Below, one piece after another: positions 25,838 to 40,409 of a DNA stretch of 64,000 nt (positions are counted from its first letter, which is position 1; each line of letters starts with the position of its first letter). The DNA is taken from contig NC_092680.1 in NCBI RefSeq assembly GCF_964355755.1, positions 3,472,001-3,536,000 of the forward strand, read 5' to 3'. Under the pieces are notes generated by a model. That model saw only the letters and a program-made list of their open reading frames with translations, ran no database searches and was not told the DNA's origin. Source of the stretch: Antedon mediterranea (taxonomy: Eukaryota; Animalia; Echinodermata). Made by a program: the position numbers and the translations under genes.

Positions 25838-26722
25838 AATTATGAGAGGATATATTAGAATGTAGAATGTACTTTAAAATTATCTGTTGTTATGAAATGA
25901 CATGTATTGAATAGTAGGCCTTACAATAATATATATATATATTTAAATATTTTTCAGGCATTAAAAGTTATCGTACAATTTATGTTGTGATAATGATGTT
26001 TAAATCCAGACACCATTATTGTTTTTAATATCCCGTCAATAAAAACCAATCGAAATATATCTGAGTATTATTATGTAATTTCTCGTATAATGTTTTTACG
26101 CTAATTCATGCACTGTATAAAACGTTTAAAGTAAATGGGTTGATTGTTTTATCACTCTTTCTATTCCATTTCGTTGTTTTATAATCACAAACTTGTGAAT
26201 ACATTAAGAGTATGTTGCTGTTGTCGATTATCGGCAAAAAAATAACCTGCCCGAGGCTATACAGATACTGCCACTGTTCAAGTCGCCGTATTATGAAAAA
26301 AAAATAGTAAATTACTGTTTTTTTCTCTGGGTTCTTAGACTATCTCGTTAAAGCGTTAGCTTTCACGTTTTCCAATTCATATTATAAGAGATTTCATTGT
26401 CACACAGATTATTTTGTAATTTGTTCGAAATATCTTCGCCCGATTGTGACTTTAGTCGATAGCTATTGTGTCTTTATTTTATATGCATTTTTATTACACG
26501 AATAATTACGTGAACACTATTGGATTTGTAATCGCCATGTAAATTAATATAAGGTTGATAAAATCGGTAATAGCGATAAATTTTAAATGCCTTTCAGAAT
26601 TATTATTATTATTATTATTAATATTCTGAGATATTTCGTTGTGATTGTTATTATATTATCACACGAGAGAATCACCGTAATTATTTTTGTTTTTTATTTT
26701 AACCACTAATATTATGAGCTAA

Positions 26723-26876
26723 TGCTCTGTCTACATTATCAAATAGTGTGATGTACCCAAATATGGTAGTGATGTACCCAAATATGGTAGTGATGTACCC
26801 AAATATGGTAGTGATATGCCATCATCATGTCCATATATGGGCACAAACATTTTTTTGTGTCACATAAAGTTTGATA
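26723..26876 (+). mobile_element. MITE family A copy
   Basis: GCTCTGTCTACATTATCAAA start; three 21-bp GTGAT..CCAAATATGGTA subrepeats. Confidence 0.75.
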
Positions 26877-27758
26877 TATCATCAACTAATTTATTCTCAT
26901 AAATAATAATAAACGTCAGGGAGAACTTTGCGTACGATTGTAAATCGGTACCGGTAACGTCTGGGGAACAAAGTCTATCGAATCAATATCAATAACTAAT
27001 AATTGTTGTCATTCAATATCATATTTCTTTATACTTATCAAATCAAATCAGCAATAACTCATCAGATATACGGATTTAATTTGTATACACCACTCGCTGG
27101 GATTTACAGATTTAAAATTCAACGAATTATATTCGGTGTGTGCGATATTCTTCATTTTGTATAAATAATAAAGAATTATACCAGTAACAAACTGTATTGT
27201 TTGGACCAAGGATATATCATAATTAAAAATGTATGATATTAGAATAGTACATGAAACATCACAGAGGGAGCAACATCAAATTGTTTATATTTTAGTAAAC
27301 CATTGAGACATAGTTCTCTATTGTTGAACACACATAACCGGCTAATACTTGATCATAAGCCGTATGAAAAACAACTGTATTTTCCTGATGTGCCTGTCCT
27401 TTTGTAATAAGTTATAAACCCGGATCTTGTTTTTAAAATCCCTCAATACTACGATAAAACACTACGCATTATACTTCCATCCATTAATTAAACCCAATAG
27501 CTTTACCTAAAATAATTTATTAACGTACCGTAGAATTTTGACATTTTTTAAAAACCCGGATGAAATATAAAACTCCTTAGCTTACTAGAATAAACGCATT
27601 GCGTCATTAATACTTTTTGTTGGTACTCCCTATACATAAAATATATTAAGGTGTTGAGGAAGGAAGACGCGCGCGTTCAAATATTAACATACGCGCGCGT
27701 TCGAATATTGATATACGCGCGCGTCAATATTGTGTCATAGTAAAGTGAAATTTCTTAC

Positions 27759-27941
27759 CAGTTGTTGGAACGGGGGTTGTTGGTCCAGATCGTTATTCAT
27801 GGTAAAATCGGTGAGTGCCTTCCATGGCGGTTGGTAGCTTTGAACTTCGACCTGGTTACCTTGGAGCTGCGTGTCATGCCGCACAGGACTTGACGCTACC
27901 ATGGGTACGCCGTTAAAATTCTGCATTCTCCTATTTACGTC
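27759..27941 (-). CDS. isl: Islet, coding exon 5 (Lhx3-binding domain)
   Basis: Acceptor tttgtttttag, donor gtaaga; 183 nt, phase 0/0; [61 protein letters not shown]. Confidence 0.95.
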
Positions 27942-30900
27942 CTAAAAACAAAAACGTAAAAATAACGTTAATATAGAGTGTGCGAATGCATTATGGACAC
28001 CGTCAAAGTATATAACTATTATCATTATCAGTGCATGAGTTGTCCCTTCACTACCTCCTCCCTATTCCAACTGCCGCCGGTAAGAGTGCAATTGGTTATG
28101 ATGAGTTTCAATTCTATATTGGAATTTTATTTGCACGAACCGCACACAATGTTGTTTATGAATATTAAAAATTGATAGAATAATAAGTCAATGAATATGA
28201 GTAATATACTGCCAATCAATCAACATCATTATAATAATTCGTCGTTTATGTCAGCACATAGACATTGACAGGAGCGCGTACAAAAAATTGGGCCTACCAT
28301 CAACAGTTAAACGCGCAAGTTAATGTTGGTTTATGTTAATTTAATCATTTCAATATTTTTATAAAATAATTTAAACAATAATAATATGAGGCATGTTTTC
28401 ATTGTTTGTAAATAAAACGATTTGGTGACTTGTCTTATACGATGCACTTTAAAAATTTAACTAAAACACATTCATCGTAAAGATATTGTACGGTATTGTA
28501 AGACTATTTAATTTAACCTAAAACAAATTATTCTGTCAGACAAAAAGAAATCAAAAGAACAGTGGAGTATCGCGCGCCAAAGTTATTAATAAACTCCAGT
28601 AGCTGGATTCTTAAAGGTGACATCGTGTTCTATTGTTGTAACTCTTTAATTTCGAAATATATAAGCATAATCTACTATGCTTCAACAAAACAACGCAAAT
28701 TAGTTCTATACTAAACAAAGACAACTATACAAACTACATAAATGGCTATTATTACGTTTTGATACTTCGTCTATTGATACGTCGTCTATTGCTACTGATA
28801 TTACCTTATTAATTCTATCCTTAGTTGTAAACTATCCTAGATTACTATGGACAATTATTCGAGTAGCAATGATCTTGTCGTACAAAATAAACTCATGATT
28901 ATTTTTGAAGGTGGAAAATAATGGTTATTATTGCAGTTTTATCGTTCATTTGTTTCCGTCATATTACGTTTGCATCGCGTTAAACTCTACTTAGAATTGA
29001 GTTATATTTTTCCTTCGAATAATTATTAATAATTGTCACAATCAACGGTTGTAAAATGATGTCGACAATACTGATATTGCGTCGCCTAGAGTGTTAATCG
29101 CGTTTTTAAATGTACCTCAATCGTACCTCATCAAGAGGGTGTTTCAGATAATAAACGAATACGTCTAATAATAATAATATTGAGCTGAAATAAATAACCC
29201 AAAATATTTAGTACACATAAATTTATCTGTCTCTGTGTGTCGCCCGCCAATGATACGTAAACGGTTAATATAAATTAAAATCGTTACACCGGTGAAGGAA
29301 TAATAATAAAGTCACAATAATATGCCAATATCATTTAATAACCATTGCTTAAAATAACATTGTACCTCAAACGAAACGGGTTATTATGAATATATGATTA
29401 ACATTACAATCAAAATTAATTCAAAAATTGTTTAAATAACCAGGTCAACACAATATTAAATAATTCAATATTACAAATAGTATTTTGTGATTAAAAATCA
29501 ATAAAAATGGCTTAGGCTTTTTTGCATATAAGCATTATTACTTGAAGCGTTACACGACCGTTTTATTTTCGTGAAACGCGTTAACTTATTAATTTTGTAA
29601 CGCGTTGAGGATTAACGGCAGAGTAATGATGAAATCGGTAGCGCTTACAGCGTTATATTGGCTGACAGTTGAATAAATAATCCGCCGAACCTTGTTTGCA
29701 TTCGCTATATTTGATGGACAAGCAGTTAATTTTCTTTCGAACAGTTGCTTAAATATATGCCATGTATGACAAATTAAAATTTTTCGATAAACGAAATGTC
29801 TTGGTAACCCGAGTATTTTGATTGGAAAAAGATACAGCAATGACCAAACACCGTAAAACGCTTTCAACATTATGAGTTATATTAATATGTTCACTATTGT
29901 TTTAAATTAATGTGTATGAGGTAAAAAAATAAGGATTTAATTGGCAAAAAACATGCTACTGTATTTTTATATACAAGATAGCTTGTTTAAAATCTCAATC
30001 AATGCAATGGCATTGTGTTAGTAAAGTGTATATAGACCTTACTATATCTTTACTAGGCCTGCAATATTGGCCCACACTGGCACACGGTCATGAGCTTTAA
30101 ACGAATTTTTTATTTGATATAAGCGGTATTGTTTCAAGTTCCCCTTCATTTCCTCATTAAATATGATGAGGATAAATTAATAATGTGGCCTGGCCTAAAG
30201 GCACTTGTATCGATCGCTTGTATCTTGTTGCGATTCACCTATTTGTTTGCACTCGTGATCGTATTATATACAGTTTCCTGTATGCGAACTGAAATTTTCA
30301 TCTGTTACCAAAAAGACACAGTATCGACGTGTGCGTACAGAAGGGTAATATCAATATTCGAACACGCGTGTACAGTTCCGGTAGCTTACCCTTACCATAA
30401 CATTTTGGATACGCGCGTACATATCCGTAGTGTACTATATCAACAATTGTTAAACATGCGCGTACATATTTGAATACGCGCGTATAGAAAGTATACTATT
30501 GTTATCAACTTTTGAATACGCGCGTAAACAAATCGTATAATTTGTTATCAACATTTGAACGCGCTCGCAAATTTCGGTCTATTAGCATTAGGAGATAGTC
30601 TGCATCCAATTTTCGACCGTATTTTATGTGACAGATTCTTCGCGTTTTATTCAATCACTGTTCACTTCACAATTCCTCTCGTGTTTTCTTCACGTTCGTA
30701 TGTTTACTACCCGAATTAAAGATACAAATACGAGTACGCTGGTAATTCATTTTATTCAGACGACTTTGGCAAACTGCCTCTTCCATGTTTCGTTGCCATT
30801 TGTAAAAATCCAACAACAGAGCAGTGTAATGGATTAATTCTCTGATTAACGATTTCCAAGCCTATTGCAGGATGCTAACACCGATTAAAATTGCCTTCGT

Positions 30901-32234
30901 GGCCGAAGCCAAAACGTCCCTTGGATATATTTAACACAAATTACTCAAACTGCTTCGCGCCAAAAGTGTCATCAAACGCGATTCAGACGACACATGTCAC
31001 AGAAATTCGGAACAGAGAAAGCAATTTGTTATTGTCATAGTTTTTGAGTAGATTTGAGTCAGATCAAAGTCGCTGCTATTTACCACGTGACGTTTCTTTC
31101 CCCATCTCTCATTGTAACAAAAATGTCCTAGAAAAATACGGTTAATAAAAATGGGCATACAGATATTGTAGAGCGAGATACATCATTTGAACAGACGAAC
31201 ATGTGTGTAAACAAAATAAACGTACGCTTAATTTAAGAATGGGAACAAATGAGTGAATAACCTGCCAACAAACACAACGAACAACTAAACCGATTCATTA
31301 ATTAATTACAACACGTAATTAAAAATTAGAATTAAAGGCAGATTTATTTATTTCGAAGTTTCTGTTTGCGCCTTTTTCGAAGCATTCTGTTTATCGGTAA
31401 CATAAATAGAATTTAAAGAGTCAGTTTATATGGTTGGAATTTATATTGGTAGTCTTTGTTATTGTAGGCTATGTTTATAAGTCAATTTTACGTTATCAGA
31501 ATTTGAGACCTAGGCCTACATTTTAAAATATCGTAAACGCCATGAGCGCCAGAGTGTTAGTTCAATCACAGAATTAGATATATATTTCCATTGATTATTT
31601 ATGCATGATATAAGATTGTATACTGGACATAGGAAATAAGACTACAATTTTAAATAACAATAGTTGATTTGAAATGAAAGTACAAGTGTTAAAATAATAC
31701 ACAATATTATTCGTAATTGTTAAAATAACTCCTTATCGGCGTCGTTGAAATCAAATCATGGAGAAGCGTGTTTTTGATTGGTTGTGAGACTGTTACGCGT
31801 AGCCTATTGGTTTGTACGTACGTTTTCGACGCGTTGAAATGAGTCTATTGCATTTAAAGGGCATACGAACTGACTCGATTGTAAATGTTAAACTTGTCAA
31901 TGTTTCGTTTTTCTGTCATCCGTAAGGTGTATACAGAATGATGAGTGTTTTGGGATTCAGTAAAGCATGGCTCGTTTGACATGTCTCCTGTTGAGTGTTT
32001 CAACGTCTACCACCCGCAACCATAATGTTTAAATAAACAATTAATAGCCGTCTTATAATACCAAACTGTCTAGCTATAGCTGATAACAGCATAACATAAG
32101 CCAATTGCATGTTTTTCTCACCAGTCCAGTTCCGTTCTGGTTCAAAATGACATGATCTTACTAGTTTCTTTTACTTAATTAGCTTTTAAGAGGACTCGGG
32201 TTAACCCGAAAATCGTAGACCTATATTAAACCAC

Positions 32235-32441
32235 AGTAATTTGACCAATCACGACGCGATAGATCATTCGAACTGTCGCTTGCGATTGGTCAATTCACTT
32301 GCGTTGTTTCTATATGTCGTTTCGTTGCGTCCGATAAAGCTTGGTTTCCACTAGGACGCAACGCAATGACATAAGCGCAACGCAAGTGTGTTGGCCAATG
32401 ACAGTTCGAATAATCCATCGCGCCCTAGTGGGAACCAAGTT
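32235..32441. mobile_element. MITE family B: partial copy plus internally deleted copy (32338-32441)
   Basis: AGCTTGGTTTCCACTAGGACGCAACGCAA...CTAGTGGGAACCAAG, adjacent to an older partial copy. Confidence 0.7.
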
Positions 32442-33757
32442 TTAGCAATACTAGTGTTTAGGTTAGGCGTTTAGACGATTGCAGCACGCCAAATAGTGTA
32501 TACGACATGGAACCAAAACAAAAAATGGCAACGTATGAACGGTAAACTGTACTTGCTGTATTAGGTAAATTGGTTCAACTGATAAGCTAATTGGGCTTCT
32601 AGAACATATTAAAGTTATTATGAAAAAAAGCCTGCCAGTATTAATTCTATAAATTACACACGAATTTTATATTTATAAATCATCAACGCATCGATCTACT
32701 AATATTAAGCCATTATGAATTATTCGTTGTACCCGGTATATTACTGAATATAAAAAAGCCAAAATATTTTAATAAATATTGTTAAACGGTAATGAAACTA
32801 AAAAGTTTATATTATATTAATCCTAGCATGTAAAGAATTATAGTGCAAGTGCGAGACTTAAAAAGGAACAATATCGGTGGCCAATAATTCCCTCAGAATA
32901 GCAATGCTAATTTGTTGCATGTGATCTAATGATGACAATGGTAAGGTTTCGATTAAGTTCGTAAAATCTCCAAAAAATATTAACTAATCGTTTAGTAATG
33001 CCGTCTGCAATATATCTGTGGGCAGACGATACTATACCTTAAACAGATTATAATAGTGCAAATAAAGGACATTGTCTCATGAATGACGCGCTAATTTCTA
33101 AAATGGCCGTGCACTTGACTCGACAACTTGTTACAATAATAGCCGGGCGCGCTCTAATCAAATCCCATTTGTGCTCATCCACAACAAAACAAACTGTCTT
33201 TCTCTCTTCATCAACGTATTTGATTGAATTAACTAGGCGAGAAGCTTGTTAATTTATCGGACTTAGTCCGCGCTTCTAGCTGAGGGAATCAGTCAGTTGT
33301 TCGTGTTTTTGCCACCTCGGCTGTGGCAATAGGGGACTTAAAACAGCCCGGGCGTGTAAGCGGATAAAGACCCAAAATTCACACCTCATGTTTGTGAACG
33401 CGGTTGATACAATCGAATTTGGTTTTATTTGATGTTTCTTGGGTGGATGACTGAAAAACTAAATCTTGAAGATAGTCTGCTTAAATAACCAAAGATGTTC
33501 TCGAGAGCGAGTTTTTGTCGGCATAATTTTGCACGTGCATTCCTTCGGCACGGAATCATTTGCCAACGGGCTTACATCATTTTATAGGCCTACAATACAA
33601 GACTGGGATTACATTATTAATCTATATCTTCCTTGATGTACGGTATACTGCATCAAAAGTTATAGGCCTAGGCCTATATAGGCCCTACCGAATTATAGCA
33701 GAAAATCATTAAATTCTAAACGGTTCCAAAACAATTAAATACAATAATTATTTTTAC

Positions 33758-34044
33758 CTGTTTGTTTTGTTGGTCTTGTAAACTTTGAACCAAAGTTATT
33801 CGTTTTTTGTCTTTGCATCGTTTGTTCTGGAACCAGACTCGGATAACGCGTGGACTTAGCGCCGTCATTTCTACTAACTGTTCTTTCATAAGTGCATCTG
33901 GTCGTGGGTTTGCTGCATAGCACGTCCGTAGGGTGTGAAGTTGTTTTTCGTTTAGGACAGTTCGTACCCTAGTAGTTTTGCCTTCTGACTTGTGACTTCG
34001 CCCCGGAGAACGATTTTGAGTACCTGACCGACTGTTCCGCGTTG
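33758..34044 (-). CDS. isl: Islet, coding exon 4 (homeodomain)
   Basis: Acceptor atcttttcag, donor gtaaaa; 287 nt; [59 protein letters not shown] is diagnostic of the Islet homeodomain. Confidence 0.98.
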
Positions 34045-34166
34045 CTGAAAAGATATGATAGATATTTAGTATAATTTTTATGCAGCATTCCATAGGCCTA
34101 CATACAGTTATATAGACATGCAAAGATTTTAGCTTCTTCTATTCGTCCGAATAGATCTGTTTATTA

Positions 34167-34216
34167 AATAATAATAATAATAATAATAATAATAATTATT
34201 ATTATTATTATTATTA
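34167..34216. repeat. (AAT)n/(TAT)n inverted microsatellite
   Basis: An AAT run directly followed by a TTA run. Confidence 0.9.
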
Positions 34217-36087
34217 GAGCAAATATAATATTGTATTATATCAACGAATGAATAAATGAATATCAATAAAACGAGAATTTCACATAACATAGGCCTATAA
34301 ACGAGCGCCATAATTCACAAAAATAGCCGTTTTTAATGTGTTCGAAAACTGAAAAAGGGTATCATCGTCCGTATCGCATTAATTGCCATATGTTGTTGTA
34401 ATTTGACTGATTCACAAGATTGATATGTTTATTAATTAACATTGAGTCGTATCAATTTTTATGTGACAGTTACTACGTCATGTTTTGCACGCGTACGCGA
34501 GCAGTGCAACTTCTTGTGGTGGGGAGACCTGTACTATTCCCAAAAGCAGGAAATTTAATTATTCATATTAAGCTGTTACTTGGGCCTATACGATCAAGTA
34601 GTTTATGATAAAAATGTCGATTATTATAAGAATGAGGAACATTTTGTTTTTTAATCAATATCATTAAATAACCTGGTCACTAGGTCAACATAATCTACGA
34701 CGCCATGATTTATCGTGCCTCTGATTACGAATAGTAAAAGGATAAACACTATAAAAACCGAACCGTGGAATTACCGATGTTATGGGCTGGCGCAAGAAAC
34801 AAAGGGTGACGTATTCTGTCGTTAAATTCTTTCGAATTTAACGTATTACGACGCTACCGAACGTATTGAGATTCTGAAATAAATAGGCCTAGATCAGCTA
34901 ACACTATTTCAGTGTAAAATCACGGTGTAATTTTGATGGCTCAAAATGGAAGGAAAGACTTTAAAAAGGTATAGGTTTGACACTAATTTATTTGTGTTTA
35001 CGTCACACGCGCAGTGTCACATTTGAATGCTAAAGCGATGTTTTAACTACGTATAGTAGGCTGCTTTTCACCAGCCCTACACCAGCTTTTTCACATACAG
35101 TATACTACGGTAATTATCGAGTTGGGCGCATATTCGAGAAAATTAGGTGCGTTAGGTGACGTGACGCACCTAGATATTTGCGTAACGCAATCACAGTATC
35201 ACAGCGGCATTTAGCACATTATTATGTTGTTGTGAGGTACCATACGTTTTCTAAGTCACGTGACGTGAATGGCGGTATTGAACCTCATGTAAAAGTAACA
35301 ATATTCAAAGCTAGATGGTAAATTCGTGACAACACGAACAAGCAGTATCATCACTGCCTAGCCGTAGGCTACTATTCGACGATCGATCCGCAACGTTCGC
35401 CTACAAATCGACTGTCCGCCTCAATCAAGAAAACGATAGGTACAAATAAGACGCGAGAATAATTACACAACTACAAAAATACCGACAAACGTAGCATGGT
35501 AGCCTGCAGAAGTGCGACTAAATCATTGTAATGAAATTAAACATACTAAAAAACACAGTAGGCTATGGGGACTGATGAATTTGCTATTTGTAAATTAAAC
35601 ATTCTTGTAAAATTGAGGGGAAGGGGGTACGGTAGTACTTCAGTAATTCAGCTAAATCGTAACTCTTCATCACACTATGCAACTTTAAGAAGTGTTTTCG
35701 AATGTGTCTCGCTTTCAGAATATAAAAAATACGAAATGTCATGAGCTCCGCATACCATGCTTAAAACATTATCATATAATAATAATAGGCGAAACTTGTA
35801 TCGGTGTGTCCCCCATAAACGTGTAGGCCTACAGTAGGCATACCACAATACGATATTCAGAATATACGATGAGACACCGGTCAAATTATTTGTATACAAT
35901 ACCAATGGAATTCGGTTCTTTTAATAATAATATGGTAGTTTTCTCAAATTTTGATTAAATTTACATAATACCAATGTCATATGAATACAGAACATCGATT
36001 ATGCTACACAGTGCAACTTGTATACATTCATTTTTCTTTAGCTAGATTTACATCCAAACATTTCATATTTATTTATTTATTTATTTA

Positions 36088-36257
36088 CAGTAAACCAATA
36101 TTAAAAGGACACTTTTGAGACTAACAAATAAAGGTGTCCTCTAATTAGGGGTAAGTCCAGTGGAAACGAATATCCCCCAGGTTCGTTTCTCGGAAAATGT
36201 CCTTTAAACAGGGTGTCCTCTGCTGAATAAGGAGTTCACAAAGGAGAAGTTCTATTT
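36088..36257. mobile_element. Degenerate pogo/Tigger-like MITE
   Basis: TA-CAGTAAACC..AAAGGACAC...GGTGTCCTC...GAGAAGTTCTA; internal GGACAC/GTGTCC inverted motifs. Confidence 0.45.
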
Positions 36258-39200
36258 ATATAAAATGAGTTTTTATCATCTACTTAATTATGATTATCAT
36301 TAATTATATAATTATTGTTATTTTAAATGCTGATTTTTGCCTATAAGCCTAATTATTCATTGAAATAAATAATTTAATGAAATTAAAAGACACATTCGAC
36401 AAAATAACGCGTTCCAAATTCAAGAAATATATCCATTTATACCGTACACTCATGAAGGTATAAATATCTCCATGCTACGTCACTTATTGGGTAAACCTTT
36501 TGTGTATACTTATATTGGGAACGTTTAATGAAAGTATTCGGTAAGATTTTAATATTATCGCTTATCCGTCGTGTTCGCACTGTTATGTGATGGAATGTGA
36601 GAAAGAACAAGCGATTACACGCTTGCCTACGCATTACAACATATAACGAGTCTCTTGAATTTCTAATTATACGTTGCTTTAAAAACTTCATAAAATGATT
36701 TTTGTTTGACCTATATTATCATCAGACTTTTTCTTGATCATGATATGTTTCTTCTTCCATAAAAGAAATGATCTGATAGATAATGATATAGATGTATGAT
36801 AATGATGACGGTGATACAGCCACGTGGTGACATCACTATGACAATGATTATGCTGAAGATATAATTAGCATTCGTTTCTTCTTAAAACACTATTACGGAC
36901 ATGATTTTGTACGACGCTTGTATTATTACTCATTATTCTTATACTTTTATTCACCTTTTACGTTTCATAGGTCATTGCATTATGGGATAGATACGTTTTA
37001 ACAAGTTCAGGTTAAAATATCAAAAATGTTTTAAATATAGCAGGTCCTTTTAGAATTACTCATCTGATTATAAAACGCACTGAAAAAAAAAACAGACGAT
37101 CCGCCGGTTTTCGTCTGATTAAATTTCTGAAACACGAATCTTCTAAAGGTAATTATCTGAAAAACATTTGATGTAGATTGTAAATAACTTCTACGTTTTG
37201 ATTATTTATTGCCAATTTTTTGGTAATTTAATGTGAGATTATTACAGTTTTCATGATATGATTTTAGACCTTTGTCCCCATGTTGCATCCTCATGCGCAT
37301 GCTCGTGCGCATGTCACCGTTTTGAATAAAAATGTATGAATGAAAAAAAAAACCCGTATGTTTTTGGGATCTAATCATAGCTTTACTAATTCACAAGATA
37401 ATAGTAAATGAGAGATTATAAATTAGTAAACTCATCATTTCTGTTTTTCTAGTTGTTTTTGTTTTTTTTTCAAATTGGGTGTTTACCATCATTTAACATT
37501 ATTGTGAGTCCAAAATGGTATAAACATGTTGCCTCGTGTCTGTAACATTTATCGTTATTTTTGTACAATGCACATTTTGGTTCTTATTTCTATGATGTTT
37601 TTACTGTTGGTAGGCCTATATATTTTATTGTTTATTTATATGTTTAGGCCTATTATGAAAATATAAGGCATGAAATATAGTATAGTAGCTTCCTCAAAAG
37701 TACACAACTTAATTGTAAAGTTTTAATAAACAATCTAGTATATGCACGGATTGGTATTGTATGCAATTTTGAGTTCCTGTCTGGTGGTGGTTTATAGGTG
37801 ATCTGACAACAATACAAGCATAGGCCTATCTTAAACAATAATTTATAGCAAGTTAATACACAACCATTGTCTACGGTCTATCCCACATACTTTTTAAAAA
37901 ATGGGCTATTTTTAATTTTCCATATTTTGTATGATTATAGGCCTAGATGCTGTTGTTCTCTACTTGAATAGCACGGAACGCTTTACCTCTACTTTTCAGA
38001 TTGTTTGCATGGTAGGGCCTACAGTAGAACAGGTTTTTTGGAACCGTATCGTATGCTATCAACTCACGACCACATGGCCACTTTCGACCAATGAAAAGCG
38101 CGCAGAAGGTAAATTTAATTACTACGGTACATTCATGCGGTTGAATAGTGATAATCATGATGACGTCACCACGAAAACATGAACAACTATAAATATGATA
38201 ATACTTTATATCACGTGACAACTTGTCGATAGCTCTCGATGTCTCATTCGAGAACGCAAAACACTATTTTGAAATGCAACATTTCGTGATTTACGATTTA
38301 AATGTAGGCCCGTGTATTCGGGGGAATAATTTAGAAAATGCGGTAGTGCTTGGCGCGGCAATTAGCCGATGTTGATAACCGATCACCTGTTTCTCTCTGG
38401 TTTATACTGAAGGCCTACGAATTGAACACGTTAACAATCAAAATAAAATATATTTCGTTTTTATGTATAATTACTAAGTAGCAAAAAGATATAAAATTGG
38501 GTGTTTAGTAAAGTACTGTTCCTATTTTGTATTTTGTATTTGTAGGAATCAGTATAATTATTCATGTATAAGCTCTTAATCGATAGAGCGAGACAATCTT
38601 GAATTCTATACGCTGAATGGCAAGGAAAAAGGCGACTAAAGCGACCTTTAAACCGTTCATTTGCAGCACACATACAGTTGTAGTTCGTTGAAGAAAAGAG
38701 GAAATACCCTAGTTTGTATTTAAACCTTGTGATAGCAAGATAAAATAACTCAAATTAAACAACAGATGATGGGAACCGATTTGGAAAATCTTAGCAATAA
38801 ATACAGATCATGCCCGCAGAAAACGTCATTAGCCCTTCTTTAATCAAGTGCTCTAGGTTTCGTTAATTTGCGACGACCATATCGTTTTTTATGTTACCTT
38901 GACGACGGTACGCGCTAAGCCCGTGTGACCGTGTAGCAGGCGGCCATACACGCATTTAAAACATGGTTCGCACCGAATTAAGAAACACTGATTGAAACGT
39001 GTCAGTAAAGATTAAGGCTTTAAGCACGCGGATAGTTCCCGCAAACAACGATTAATTCCGACAATTTCCACTCGAGAAATAAACCTTAATATTATCTGTA
39101 AAAACGGTTATAAAATCTAACTAACTAACGAATTCCATATCATGATTAACGAGCGCTACGATATAGGCATGATAGTAATAATATTTAATGATAAAAAAAA

Positions 39201-39744
39201 AAATAATAATAATAATGGCATGGACGTTTATAACATTAACTAATGCGTACGATATATACATTTTATTTCAATAAATAAAAACAATTTTTCAGAACGATGT
39301 AAACAATTACCTAATTCATTCTGTGTTAAACGAATGTTTTGTCTAATTCATTCTGTGTTAAACGAATGTTTTGTAGGTAATATTACCAGTAATAATTCAT
39401 TTAAAAGGTCCGTTATATTCGTTACGTTCAGACAAGGTTTTTCTAAATAAAACGTGATTCGTTAACACTATAATGCAAACAAAACATATTGGAGAAACAC
39501 ACAAGCGTTGAACTACTCAATGTCCGTATGGGTAAATGAATTATCTTATGAATATTGCAAAGTATTGCCATAAATTATTTACATTTAACAGCCTAGAGAT
39601 ATCATCGTGTACATTATTGAAATAATCTGGAATCGTTGGAAGTTAAGACGTTTAAAGATCGACATGACACTTAATCTGAGAAACTATTATTTTGCTATAA
39701 TAATAACAGTTTGACTTAAAATTGACAATATTGTAACTATAAGT

Positions 39745-39965
39745 TTGACGATATTCGTAGTTTAAACGAAATTTGTACTTAAGACGATATTCATGAATAA
39801 AGATTGACGAAATTCGTACTTAATACATACGTATTGACGATATTCGTACTTGAGTCGATATTCGTGCATAAAGATTGACGATATTCGTACTTAAGACGAT
39901 ATTCGTGCATAAAGATTGACGATATTCGTACTTAAGACGATATTCGTGCATATTGACATTATTCG
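39745..39965. repeat. Degenerate tandem repeat GACGATATTCGT(ACTTAA/GCATAAAGATT)
   Basis: Alternating ~18/23-bp subunits. Confidence 0.85.
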
Positions 39966-40149
39966 ATAGTACGATAGTACTGTATCATGATCTTGCAAAA
40001 ACTAAACGTTTTTGTTTCAAACTCTGATCGTGGACAGTAGGTACCATAAACCCTGAAACAAGTAGTGGCTAAACCATGCAACCATCACTATTGATTAGTA
40101 TTGATTGATATCGAATATAACATATTGATTAATTAATTAGTATACTTAC

Positions 40150-40409
40150 AATTAACACAACTTCGATCACTATTCGTTGGACTGCTGATCATTGTATCAT
40201 CATCAATTACTGTTTTCTCTAGAACGTCATGATCCTCCTTACAAAACAAACCGTCTTCCCGAAGTGCAAACTCGTCACCAGGTATTAGTTGACGCGTACA
40301 CGCGACGCAACGAAAACAGTCAATATGGTAAATCTTATTTCGGGCTCTCATAACAAAGTCATTTTTACTGAAACCGAGATTACATTTGGCACATTTTGTA
40401 CCAAATAAC
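40150..40409 (-). CDS. isl: Islet, coding exon 3 (LIM domain 2)
   Basis: Acceptor ctttctctcctcag, donor gtaagt; 260 nt; [60 protein letters not shown]. Confidence 0.98.
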
